Shown: positions 15,288 through 23,202 of the stretch, piece after piece | How the letters are laid out: each line of letters begins with the position of its first letter | How positions within the stretch are numbered: the first letter of the stretch is position 1 | UHGV virus genome: UHGV-0324072 | Source of the DNA: a virus | DNA: 43,215 nt | Direction: 5' to 3' (one strand) | Position numbers and translations under genes: made by a program | Notes under the pieces: model-generated | What the model saw: only the letters and a program-made list of their open reading frames with translations | What the model was told of the DNA's origin: nothing | The model's database searches: none

Positions 15288-16331
15288 ATGAGCTTACTGA
15301 CATCTCTAATCAGCCACCAGATTTGGCTGCAACGCGCCGCATCCGGTGAAGTAAAAGACCTCGCACCATTCATTCAGGAAATGCGGGACGAAATCAAACG
15401 GCAGGTGCTGTTATTCGGTGACGACGGTCGCAGCACTGCGCGACTGAATAAACTGTTACGCGACCTGGAAGAAGCACTAACCGGTATTACGGGTGGCTGG
15501 CAAACAAAGCTAACAGACGACCTTAAGGAACTGGCGGCGTACGAGGCTGAGTGGAACGTAAAGACACTGACCGCCAACGTAGACGCGGAATTTGTTACGC
15601 CTACCGCTGAGCAGGTATGGGCCGCTGCCGAGTTTCAACCATTATCATTGAGCGACAAGCCCGTTGATTTCACCAAGCTGATGTCTGGATGGGGCGAAAC
15701 GGAAGTAGCACGTCTTGTAACTGGAGTTAAGATGGGCTTTGTGCAAGGTCAAACCACACGGCAGATTGTTAAGAATGTTGTTGGCGCTGGTGGACTAGCC
15801 GACATCTCAGAACGTAACGCGACTACGGTAATCCGCACCGCGCTGTCCCACGTATCCAACGAGGCCCGTAACGAGACGTACCGCCAGAACGACGACATCA
15901 TCGAGAAATATGAGTGGGTGTCAACTTTGGACAGCCGTACCAGCACGATTTGCAGGGCCAGAGACGGAATGACGTGGGAAATCGGTAAAGGCCCGATGCC
16001 ACCAGCCCATCCTAATTGCCGAAGTACCACTGCACCGGTAATCAGTTCAGAGTTCGACTTCCTTGATAAAGGCGCAAAACGTGCGGCTAAGGGTGCGGAC
16101 GGCGGTACTCAGGTAAGCGCAGACACCACCTATTACGAGTTCCTGAAACAACAACCAGCATGGTTTCAGGACCAGGCGCTCGGTCCTGTTCGCGGTAAGA
16201 TTTTCCGTAACAGCGGTATATCGCCGGAAGAGTTTCGCGTAATATCTGTAGATGGTTTCGGGAATCCGCTCACGCTTAAGCAGATGGCGGAACTCGATAA
16301 ACGTGTTGCTGATTATCTGAAAGGGGATTAA
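15288..16331 (+). CDS. head morphogenesis / minor head protein
   Basis: 347-aa ORF after portal; RBS AGGAGGG; called by position. Confidence 0.55.
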   Translation: MSLLTSLISHQIWLQRAASGEVKDLAPFIQEMRDEIKRQVLLFGDDGRSTARLNKLLRDLEEALTGITGGWQTKLTDDLKELAAYEAEWNVKTLTANVDAEFVTPTAEQVWAAAEFQPLSLSDKPVDFTKLMSGWGETEVARLVTGVKMGFVQGQTTRQIVKNVVGAGGLADISERNATTVIRTALSHVSNEARNETYRQNDDIIEKYEWVSTLDSRTSTICRARDGMTWEIGKGPMPPAHPNCRSTTAPVISSEFDFLDKGAKRAAKGADGGTQVSADTTYYEFLKQQPAWFQDQALGPVRGKIFRNSGISPEEFRVISVDGFGNPLTLKQMAELDKRVADYLKGD

Positions 16332-16792
16332 TGACGGGCTTTTTCAAAGTAACTGATGTGCCGTCACGTCGCGTAGTCCAGTACGCTCGTGTGTCTGGCT
16401 CCGGTGAGAACGTAACCTACGTTGAGGATGAAAGTGTACTAGGTACACCTGTAGACGAGATGCCGTACGCAGACAAGACAGGTATCGCACTCTCTGCTGC
16501 TGGTATGCTTTATGAAATTCCGTATCTGGCTGACGCAGGCGATGTGTATTTCTCTGTACAACCGCAGGACGTTGAACTGGCAGATGGCAGCGCAACTATC
16601 ACTGTCGAAGTTAAGGCGGGTAAATCCCCCTATGCACTGGCCTGGTACAAAGACGGCAAGGAAGTAGTAAACGCGCCCGAAGAGGCTTTGTCTCTGACGG
16701 TTAACGCGGTCGGTGAATACTTCGTTAAAGTTACCGATTCCGATGGTGTAGCGGCCGTCAGTAAAGCAGCGAAGGTCACTAAGCCAGACTGA
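16331..16792 (+). CDS. Ig-like domain protein (153 aa)
   Basis: ALAWYKDGKEVV...GEYFVKVTDSDG Ig-like strand pattern. Confidence 0.45.
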   Translation: MTGFFKVTDVPSRRVVQYARVSGSGENVTYVEDESVLGTPVDEMPYADKTGIALSAAGMLYEIPYLADAGDVYFSVQPQDVELADGSATITVEVKAGKSPYALAWYKDGKEVVNAPEEALSLTVNAVGEYFVKVTDSDGVAAVSKAAKVTKPD

Positions 16793-16795
16793 TAA

Positions 16796-16816
16796 AAGGC
16801 CCCATTACGGGGCCTT
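16796..16816. terminator. bidirectional hairpin terminator AAGGCCCC-attac-GGGGCCTT
   Basis: between convergent genes 16331..16792 and 16822..17025. Confidence 0.6.
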
Positions 16817-16821
16817 AGTTT

Positions 16822-17025
16822 TCAACGGAATTTTGTGTTTAAATCCTGCTCATGGACAACCCTCAGAACAGTGTCATAATCCCCGTATCTTCCAGGTTCA
16901 AATATATCTAATGCCTTGTAAGCAGACATTGCGTCAGGGAAAACCTGCAGAACCTTTTTAACCCGGCACAAGTCACCGTCGAACTCTTCATCGAACTCTT
17001 GAACTACTTCGCAAATTGCATACAT
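16822..17025 (-). CDS. hypothetical protein (67 aa), reverse-oriented insertion with own promoter
   Basis: ATG 17025, RBS AGGAGG; promoter 17053..17081. Confidence 0.5.
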   Translation of the reverse strand: MYAICEVVQEFDEEFDGDLCRVKKVLQVFPDAMSAYKALDIFEPGRYGDYDTVLRVVHEQDLNTKFR

Positions 17026-17052
17026 TTTTCACCTCCTGTTTAAGTTAACTGA

Positions 17053-17081
17053 ATAGTACCCTATTATATTGGGGTGTGCAA
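17053..17081 (-). promoter_or_regulatory. promoter TTGCAC-N17-TACTATTCA (minus strand)
   Basis: rc of 17053..17081; 31-bp core almost identical to 26174..26204. Confidence 0.5.
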
Positions 17082-17133
17082 ACTATTTATTTACGTATTC
17101 CAGTTATTCCTCCGAATTGTAAATGTTGGAATA

Positions 17134-17149
17134 AACTATTCGAATAGTT
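17134..17149. promoter_or_regulatory. perfect 16-bp palindrome AACTATTCGAATAGTT (candidate operator)
   Basis: self-complementary; overlaps TTGACT (17148..17153) of a candidate plus-strand promoter. Confidence 0.45.
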
Positions 17150-17182
17150 GACTTTTCACTAAAAATATGATAAGCTCCACCT

Positions 17183-17383
17183 GAGCTTGTGAAGTATGAA
17201 CAAGCGACCGCGGCGCGGGCAGGTAACGGAGCGGGACGTAAGTCCTGAGTGTAGTTACGCTGACGCGTTCGGAAGGGCCATACTCTATTGCTTGTGTAAA
17301 AAGTAACTGGTTTACTGAGATTACGCCGTTTCTATGTTTAAATGATAAGGACTAGCGCCCCGCTTTATGGCGGGGCTTTACTT
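17183..17383 (+). ncRNA. candidate small RNA or leader transcript, ending at terminator 17357..17383
   Basis: about 200 bp with no ORF over 37 codons, between candidate promoter (TTGACT 17148 / TAAGCT 17171) and GCCCCGC-tttatg-GCGGGGC plus TTTACTT. Confidence 0.2.
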
Positions 17384-17400
17384 ATCGAGAAAGGGGAAAC

Positions 17401-17787
17401 ATGAATCTTAAAGCAACTGTCGTAGCAGGAGCATGTTTCATCATCCTGGTTTACACACACGGCATCTACCAGTATCGCAGCGGATGGAACGAAGGCCGGG
17501 CTAATCTCGTTTCGCAGCAACAGCAGAAAGCACAGGCTGAGTTAGCGAAGAAAACACAACGGCAGCAGCAGGATGAATCGAAGGCCGCCGCCGCTGACAA
17601 CGAAGGCAAGACGAAATCAGAGGTGATTACCCGTGAAGTCGTTAAGTACATTAAAACGCCTGGTCGCAGCGTGTGCACTTTTGACCCTGAGCGCGTGCAG
17701 CTCAAGTCCCGCGCCGTCGCCAACGCCAATTCCATCCCCGGATACGACGATGATGCAGCCGCCGTGCAAACTGGCGCAGCCAAGTAG
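17401..17787 (+). CDS. i-spanin (Rz-like)
   Basis: N-terminal transmembrane segment TVVAGACFIILVYTHGIY then Gln/Ala-rich coiled-coil region; contains the embedded o-spanin ORF. Confidence 0.55.
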   Translation: MNLKATVVAGACFIILVYTHGIYQYRSGWNEGRANLVSQQQQKAQAELAKKTQRQQQDESKAAAADNEGKTKSEVITREVVKYIKTPGRSVCTFDPERVQLKSRAVANANSIPGYDDDAAAVQTGAAK

Positions 17788-17896
17788 CGACGCTGATGAG
17801 GATTTGGCCGTCGACGTTCAGAATGCTGAATGCGTACGGCAACTGAGACTGAAAGTGTTCATGTTGCAGGATTACGTGAGGAATATTCTGGAATAG
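17633..17896 (+). CDS. o-spanin (Rz1-like lipoprotein), +1 frame, overlapping 3' end of i-spanin
   Basis: signal peptide with lipobox LTLSAC, proline-rich PAPSPTPIPSPD, Cys residues. Confidence 0.55.
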   Translation: MKSLSTLKRLVAACALLTLSACSSSPAPSPTPIPSPDTTMMQPPCKLAQPSSDADEDLAVDVQNAECVRQLRLKVFMLQDYVRNILE

Positions 17897-17978
17897 TTGC
17901 CTTGCATGTTGGAATAATTTATTCTTGACATGTAAATCCGGGTGGCCCGGGTTCCAACGTCCAGGGGACATACTGACT

Positions 17979-18680
17979 ATGAATCGTTTTTTACGTTATC
18001 CGTTCCAGGAAGAAGCTGGGGCAGAAGATAAAGCTGGTGGCGGTGACGCGCCGAAAATGTTCACCGCTGAAGAAGTTCAGGCGCTGATTGAGAAAGAAGT
18101 TGCCGGGCTTAAGGCTAATCAGGAAGCATTGTTGGCGGAGAAGAAAGAAGCCGCTCGCAAAGCAAAAGAGGCCGAAGAAGAACGGCAGCGCGCGCACCAG
18201 GAGGCGTTAAAAGCCGCTGGTAAGATGGATGAGTTCGAAAAGACGATTCGTAGCCAGTACGACCCTGTGTTAGCCGAGAAAGACGGTCGCATCTCCAGAA
18301 TGGCAGAGCGTATCCTCGGCAGCGAACGTAAAGCGGTGCTAGGCTCTTTCGCGGGTGACTTTATTACCCCAGAAGCAGTGGACATTCTTGCGCCGTTCGT
18401 TAAGACTGAGTTCGAAGGCGATGATGTGGTTACTAAGTTTGTTGGTGCAGACGGTAACGTAATCACGACTGACCCGGAACAGTTCCGCAAATACCTGCGC
18501 GAACACAAGGCGTTTTCGCATTTGATCAAAGCAAATGCAGCTTCCGGCGGCGGGGCTTCCGGTAGCAAAGGCGGCGGGGCCGCACCAGCATTTAAAGACA
18601 TGAGTGAAGCAGAGCGTTTAGCCCTGTATAAATCGAACCCTGCCGAATTTGAACGGCAACTTAAAGCCCTGAGGAAATAA
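17979..18680 (+). CDS. putative scaffolding protein
   Basis: ATG 17979; Ala/Glu/Lys-rich helical protein directly upstream of capsid gene; called by position. Confidence 0.5.
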   Translation: MNRFLRYPFQEEAGAEDKAGGGDAPKMFTAEEVQALIEKEVAGLKANQEALLAEKKEAARKAKEAEEERQRAHQEALKAAGKMDEFEKTIRSQYDPVLAEKDGRISRMAERILGSERKAVLGSFAGDFITPEAVDILAPFVKTEFEGDDVVTKFVGADGNVITTDPEQFRKYLREHKAFSHLIKANAASGGGASGSKGGGAAPAFKDMSEAERLALYKSNPAEFERQLKALRK

Positions 18681-18682
18681 TA

Positions 18683-19732
18683 ATGGCAATTACCACTATC
18701 GGCGATATCGTAACTGGCAACATCCCGGTCCTGGCGTCTTATATGACCGAGGACCCGGTAGAAAAAACCGCGTTCTTCCAGTCTGGTATTCTGACCCCGA
18801 CCCCATACGCCGCCGAGATTGCCCGCGGCCCGTCCAACGTCGCTAATATTCCTTTCTGGAAAGCGATTGATACCTCTATCGAGCCGAACTACTCGAACGA
18901 CGTATACCAGGACATCGCCACCCCGCGTAACGTGCAGACCGGCGAGATGATGGCGCGCGTTGCGTACCTGAACGAATGTTTCGGTCAGGCGGATTTGACC
19001 GTTGAACTGACCAGCCAGAACCCGCTGCAATCCGTAGCGTCACGTCTGGATAACTTCTGGCAGCGTCAGGCACAACGCCGTCTGATTGCTACCGCGCTCG
19101 GGCTGTACAATGACAACGTAGCCGCTACCGACGCATACCACGAGCAGAATGACATGGTAATCGACGTGTCTGCTACTCTGGGCTTCGATGCGGGCGCGTT
19201 CATCGACGCTACCCAGACTATGGGCGATGCTCTGATGGGCAACGGCGGTGAAGTGCTGGGGGCTATCGCGATGCATAGCTTCGTTTATGCGCAGGCACGT
19301 AAGCAGCAGCTTATCGACTTCATCCGTGACGCGGACAACAACACCATGTTCGCCACCTACCAGGGCTACCGCGTGATTGTTGACGACAGCATGACCGTAG
19401 TCGGCACTGGCCCGACCAGTAAGTTCATCTCCATCATCTTCGGCAACGGCGCTATCGGTTACGGTGAAGGTTCTCCGTCCAACCCGCTGGAATACGAGCG
19501 CGAAGCGTCCCGCGGCAACGGCGGCGGCGTTGAAACCCTGTGGACCCGTAAGACCTGGTTGCTACATCCGTTTGGTTACAGCTTCACCAGCGCAGTAATC
19601 ACCGGTAACGGCACCGAGACTGTCGCACGTTCTGCTTCCTGGCAGGACCTGGCGAACGCCTCCAACTGGAACCGTGTGGTTGACCGCAAGCACGTACCGA
19701 TTGCCTTCCTGGTAACTGGTGTCGGTGCTTAA
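18683..19732 (+). CDS. major capsid protein
   Basis: 349-aa ORF after scaffold; strong RBS; followed by a terminator; called by position. Confidence 0.65.
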   Translation: MAITTIGDIVTGNIPVLASYMTEDPVEKTAFFQSGILTPTPYAAEIARGPSNVANIPFWKAIDTSIEPNYSNDVYQDIATPRNVQTGEMMARVAYLNECFGQADLTVELTSQNPLQSVASRLDNFWQRQAQRRLIATALGLYNDNVAATDAYHEQNDMVIDVSATLGFDAGAFIDATQTMGDALMGNGGEVLGAIAMHSFVYAQARKQQLIDFIRDADNNTMFATYQGYRVIVDDSMTVVGTGPTSKFISIIFGNGAIGYGEGSPSNPLEYEREASRGNGGGVETLWTRKTWLLHPFGYSFTSAVITGNGTETVARSASWQDLANASNWNRVVDRKHVPIAFLVTGVGA

Positions 19733-19746
19733 GGTTAAGCTATAAT

Positions 19747-19776
19747 CGAGAGGGACTTCGGTCCCTCTTTTCATTT
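19747..19776 (+). terminator. rho-independent terminator after capsid gene
   Basis: GAGAGGGAC-ttcg-GTCCCTCTT then TTCATTT. Confidence 0.6.
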
Positions 19777-19791
19777 ACTAAGAGGTAAATT

Positions 19792-20091
19792 ATGGTCAAG
19801 ACCGGAAAAGGCTTGCCGCGCAGCCTTCAGAATGTCGATTTCGGCGACTTTGATATCCCAGTCACGCCTGCTACTACCAGCGTAGTTGGTGGGGTTAAAA
19901 AGTCAGCTACTGTAGCCGCACCTGCGGCGGTTACCGCTGGTAAAGGAGCGCAGTCCGCCGCGGCACCGACTAAGGGAGAGTTCGACGCCCTTGTAGCGGA
20001 GTACAACAAACTCCGAACCGATGTTACCGCGCTGCGCACTACCGTAGCAAATCTGTTGACTGCGCTTAAAAACGCAGGAACCGTAAGCTAA
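19792..20091 (+). CDS. hypothetical structural protein (99 aa)
   Basis: ORF track; RBS AGAGG. Confidence 0.45.
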   Translation: MVKTGKGLPRSLQNVDFGDFDIPVTPATTSVVGGVKKSATVAAPAAVTAGKGAQSAAAPTKGEFDALVAEYNKLRTDVTALRTTVANLLTALKNAGTVS

Positions 20092-20103
20092 AGGAGCTTA
20101 AAA

Positions 20104-20454
20104 ATGGTTGATGTAATCAAACGTCGTATTACCGGTGTTTCTGATGATTCTCCTGCCGATGGTCAGGTTGAAATCGATATGGCGAATATCTCGCCAGCGT
20201 CTTTTTCTACCGCGCTTGCGGCTACCACCGTAACTGCGGTGGGGCATACTATGACTCTTACCGTAGTGGTAACTGGCGGTCTGGAGCCGTATTCCTACCA
20301 GTGGTACAAAGATAACAACGCCATCGACGGAGCCACCGCAGCTACCTATGCGAAGGCGTCCACTACTACCGCAGATTCAGGCACGTATAAAGTGGTTGTT
20401 CACGATGTGTATGGTAATATTATCTCCAGCAGCACCGTAGCAACTGTGTCTTAA
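20104..20454 (+). CDS. Ig-like domain protein, candidate capsid decoration protein
   Basis: YQWYKDNNAIDGATAATYAKASTTTADSGTYKVVV Ig-like pattern. Confidence 0.45.
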   Translation: MVDVIKRRITGVSDDSPADGQVEIDMANISPASFSTALAATTVTAVGHTMTLTVVVTGGLEPYSYQWYKDNNAIDGATAATYAKASTTTADSGTYKVVVHDVYGNIISSSTVATVS

Positions 20455-20490
20455 TACAACGGCCCTTCGGGGCCGTAATAAGGAAAGGTC

Positions 20491-20670
20491 ATGGCAGATA
20501 ATTACGTAATCCGCGAAAAGTATACCCACGTTGATATCGTTGACGGACAGGTGATGCCTGTTCGCGGTGTGGTAGAAGCGGATGAACTGGTTGCAACCCA
20601 ACCAGACAATGAAGAAGCGCACAACAACGGCGGTGGTACTAAGCGTCGTCGCCGTAAGTCAGAGGAATAA
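20491..20670 (+). CDS. small hypothetical protein (59 aa)
   Basis: ATG 20491 behind AAGGAAAGG; below track cutoff. Confidence 0.35.
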   Translation: MADNYVIREKYTHVDIVDGQVMPVRGVVEADELVATQPDNEEAHNNGGGTKRRRRKSEE

Positions 20671-20673
20671 TTT

Positions 20674-21186
20674 ATGCCGCTAATCGTGGAAACTGGGGTG
20701 ATCGTCCCAAATGCCGACAGTTACATTAGTCTGGCTGACGCCCGCGCGTTAGCGGCTAATTATGGCCTTGAGCTGCCGGAAGACGATACCGCAGCAGAGG
20801 TGGCCTTACGCAACGGTGCTACTTATGTAGGGCTTGCAGAACCGCAGATGTGCGGTCGTCGAGTATCCGCCGAACAGTCTCTTGCATACCCCCGCACCGG
20901 CGTTACGTTAAACGGGTTCCCTGTCGCGAACAATGTAATCCCGAAACAGGTTATTCTTGCGCAGGTAATCGCTGCCGCTACATATGGCGATGGCACCGAA
21001 GTCCGGGCTAACTCAGACGGTCGCGCCGTGCAGACTGAGCGTGTCGAGGGTGCGGTAACAGTGACCTACTTCAACAATGGCAACAGTGGCGCTACGACCG
21101 CGGTTACCGCTGCTGACGACGCTTTACGCCCGTTATTGTGTGGCGGTCTTAACAATGGTTTCTCGTTTAACGTGTACCGGGGTTAA
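20674..21186 (+). CDS. putative head-tail connector/adaptor protein
   Basis: position between head and tail genes. Confidence 0.35.
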   Translation: MPLIVETGVIVPNADSYISLADARALAANYGLELPEDDTAAEVALRNGATYVGLAEPQMCGRRVSAEQSLAYPRTGVTLNGFPVANNVIPKQVILAQVIAAATYGDGTEVRANSDGRAVQTERVEGAVTVTYFNNGNSGATTAVTAADDALRPLLCGGLNNGFSFNVYRG

Positions 21187-21188
21187 AA

Positions 21189-21803
21189 ATGGCGAAGACT
21201 AAATCAGAGATATTCACGCTAATCGGTTCCGAGCTACCGGACAACACGACCGGACTTATTACGCCTGCGAAGTTGCGCGGGGTATTAACCCAGATGGCTG
21301 ACTCACCTATTTACGCCACTCCGGGTGTTAAAGAGGTTGAAGTTCTCCGCGCTGCGTCGACAGTAGCGCAAGCGCCTACCGCAGTAGATACGGCGTTGCA
21401 GGTATCGTTCGGCTCTGCTCAGGGTAGTGCATCTGACCCGGTAATGATTAATGCTGCGGGGCTGGTTACATTCAACACCGCGGGTAACTACGCCGTTCGC
21501 ATCAAGTTACAGGCGGGGCGCACAGGGGCCAGCGGCACGTCCATCCTGTTATCGCGCATTCTTCTTAACGGAGCTCAATACGGCTCACCAGCTGCCACGA
21601 AACTGGTAAGCGCCGATGTAACAATCCCGATTGAATCCCGCGTCGTTATTAACCCGACCGCAGGCCAGACGTTTGCCGTTCAGATTATGCGGGATAGCGC
21701 CGGGAGTAACTTCGGCGGCGTATACCCGCAAGCGGCTACGGTAACTGCAGGGGGCACAGCACCATCTGCGCTACTGGTTATTTCGAGACTGGAGGCTGCG
21801 TAA
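21189..21803 (+). CDS. hypothetical structural protein (204 aa)
   Basis: ORF track. Confidence 0.4.
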   Translation: MAKTKSEIFTLIGSELPDNTTGLITPAKLRGVLTQMADSPIYATPGVKEVEVLRAASTVAQAPTAVDTALQVSFGSAQGSASDPVMINAAGLVTFNTAGNYAVRIKLQAGRTGASGTSILLSRILLNGAQYGSPAATKLVSADVTIPIESRVVINPTAGQTFAVQIMRDSAGSNFGGVYPQAATVTAGGTAPSALLVISRLEAA

Positions 21804-21934
21804 TGCGTAAAATAATTAATATGTGGATTAACTCTGATTTTTTGTGGAAGTACGAATTTTTGGTATCAGTGTTTGCGCTGGTATCAACAACAGCTCTAAT
21901 TATATTTTTAGCGGTTTGCGGGGAGTCAACATGA
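21803..21934 (+). CDS. small hydrophobic protein (43 aa)
   Basis: TAATG start overlap and ATGA stop overlap with neighbours; LVSVFALVSTTALIIFLAV hydrophobic segment; AT-rich region. Confidence 0.3.
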   Translation: MRKIINMWINSDFLWKYEFLVSVFALVSTTALIIFLAVCGEST

Positions 21935-22290
21935 GCACCGCTTTCAGCAAACGTATGCAGGGCGTGGGTACACGCCTGCTAACCAAATTCGGTAGCACGG
22001 TAGCTCTGGTTCGCGCTGGCTCGAAAGTGTGGGATGAAGTTCTCGGTGAATACGTCTGGTCTGCGGATGAAGCGCTGCCGTTGAAGGCCGTTCCGGTTCC
22101 GGTAAACGCTGGACTGGTAAACGGTACGACGATTCAGGCCGGTGATGTGATTGTTAAAGCCGATTGCAGTGTCGTTCCGAAGATGGAAGACAAGGTGCAA
22201 TTCGACGGCGGGCAATGGTCTGTCGTAGCCATCGAGAAGAAGATGGTTAATGGTGATGTCGTGGCATACTTTATTCAGGTGAGAAAATGA
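21931..22290 (+). CDS. putative head-tail joining protein (119 aa)
   Basis: ATG 21931 in frame of track ORF 21844..22290. Confidence 0.4.
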   Translation: MSTAFSKRMQGVGTRLLTKFGSTVALVRAGSKVWDEVLGEYVWSADEALPLKAVPVPVNAGLVNGTTIQAGDVIVKADCSVVPKMEDKVQFDGGQWSVVAIEKKMVNGDVVAYFIQVRK

Positions 22291-22787
22291 GTTTCGCGCT
22301 TGATGTCTCTAAGTTCGTGGAAAAGGCGAAGAAGAACCCCGAGAAGGTGATGCGTCAGGTGTCTATCAAGCTGTTTTCCGCTATTATAAAGGCGAGTCCG
22401 GTAGATACAGGCCGGTTCCGAATGAACTGGATGGCCTCTGGCAGTACCCCCGCTTCCGGTACAAGCCGCGGTACTGACCCTAGCGGGGCGAACGCAATAA
22501 GTGCCATGGTTTCTACCGTGTCTGGTTTACCCGACTGGAGCGAGTTCACCTTGACAAATAATCTGCCGTATGCGGAAGTTATAGAGTTCGGGGGTTACGC
22601 TACCGGCTTCCATGGCCCTAAGCGTCCTTCTAACTTAGGCTCTAAATTTGTTGGGCCATTGAGGCCGAAAGCACCCAGCAGAACAACCACAGACGGGTAT
22701 TCCCTTCAGGCCCCGCAAGGTGTTGTCCGGGTTAACGTTCAGCGGTTCAATAAACTGCTGGAAGAAGAAGCGAGGAAGTATAAATAA
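22287..22787 (+). CDS. HK97 gp10-like neck/tail-completion protein
   Basis: DTGRFRMNW motif resembles HK97 gp10 family. Confidence 0.45.
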   Translation: MSFALDVSKFVEKAKKNPEKVMRQVSIKLFSAIIKASPVDTGRFRMNWMASGSTPASGTSRGTDPSGANAISAMVSTVSGLPDWSEFTLTNNLPYAEVIEFGGYATGFHGPKRPSNLGSKFVGPLRPKAPSRTTTDGYSLQAPQGVVRVNVQRFNKLLEEEARKYK

Positions 22788-23200
22788 TGGGCTACTTTGA
22801 GGACTTAACCAAAGCGTTTGATGTGCCGCTGGTGGCCTTCGGAACCACCAACGGCATCAAAGTCGCGCTTGAAAACATCGACGCGCCGACGTCAACCGAT
22901 ACGCCGTATCTTGCAAGTTACATGTTACTGGCGGATACCGAGCAGGCGGATTTGTTCTTCACGGAACAACGCTCTGGTATTTATCAGGTCGACATTAACT
23001 ACGCATCGGCGAAAGGTAGCGCGGAAATCAATAAAATGGCAGACTTACTTAACACGGCGTTTAAAGCAGGTAAGTCATTTTCACGTAACGACATCTGCGC
23101 CGAGGTTCAATCGGTTAGCCTGGGGCCGCTGATTGTAGAAAACGGATGGGCCAAACGGCCATTGTCAATTAACTTTATAGCATTCACCAAGAGGCTGTGA
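22787..23200 (+). CDS. putative tail completion protein (137 aa)
   Basis: position. Confidence 0.35.
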   Translation: MGYFEDLTKAFDVPLVAFGTTNGIKVALENIDAPTSTDTPYLASYMLLADTEQADLFFTEQRSGIYQVDINYASAKGSAEINKMADLLNTAFKAGKSFSRNDICAEVQSVSLGPLIVENGWAKRPLSINFIAFTKRL

Positions 23201-23202
23201 AT

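Noticed and set aside
18119-19030. 303-aa minus-strand ORF antisense to scaffold and capsid genes
   Set aside because: Arg/Gly/Ser-rich low-complexity translation with no coupling or promoter context; overlaps two strongly supported structural genes.
22818-23132. 104-aa same-strand alternative-frame ORF inside gene 22787..23200
   Set aside because: Arg-rich out-of-frame translation, unlike the methyltransferase case where the alternate frame carries a recognisable conserved motif.
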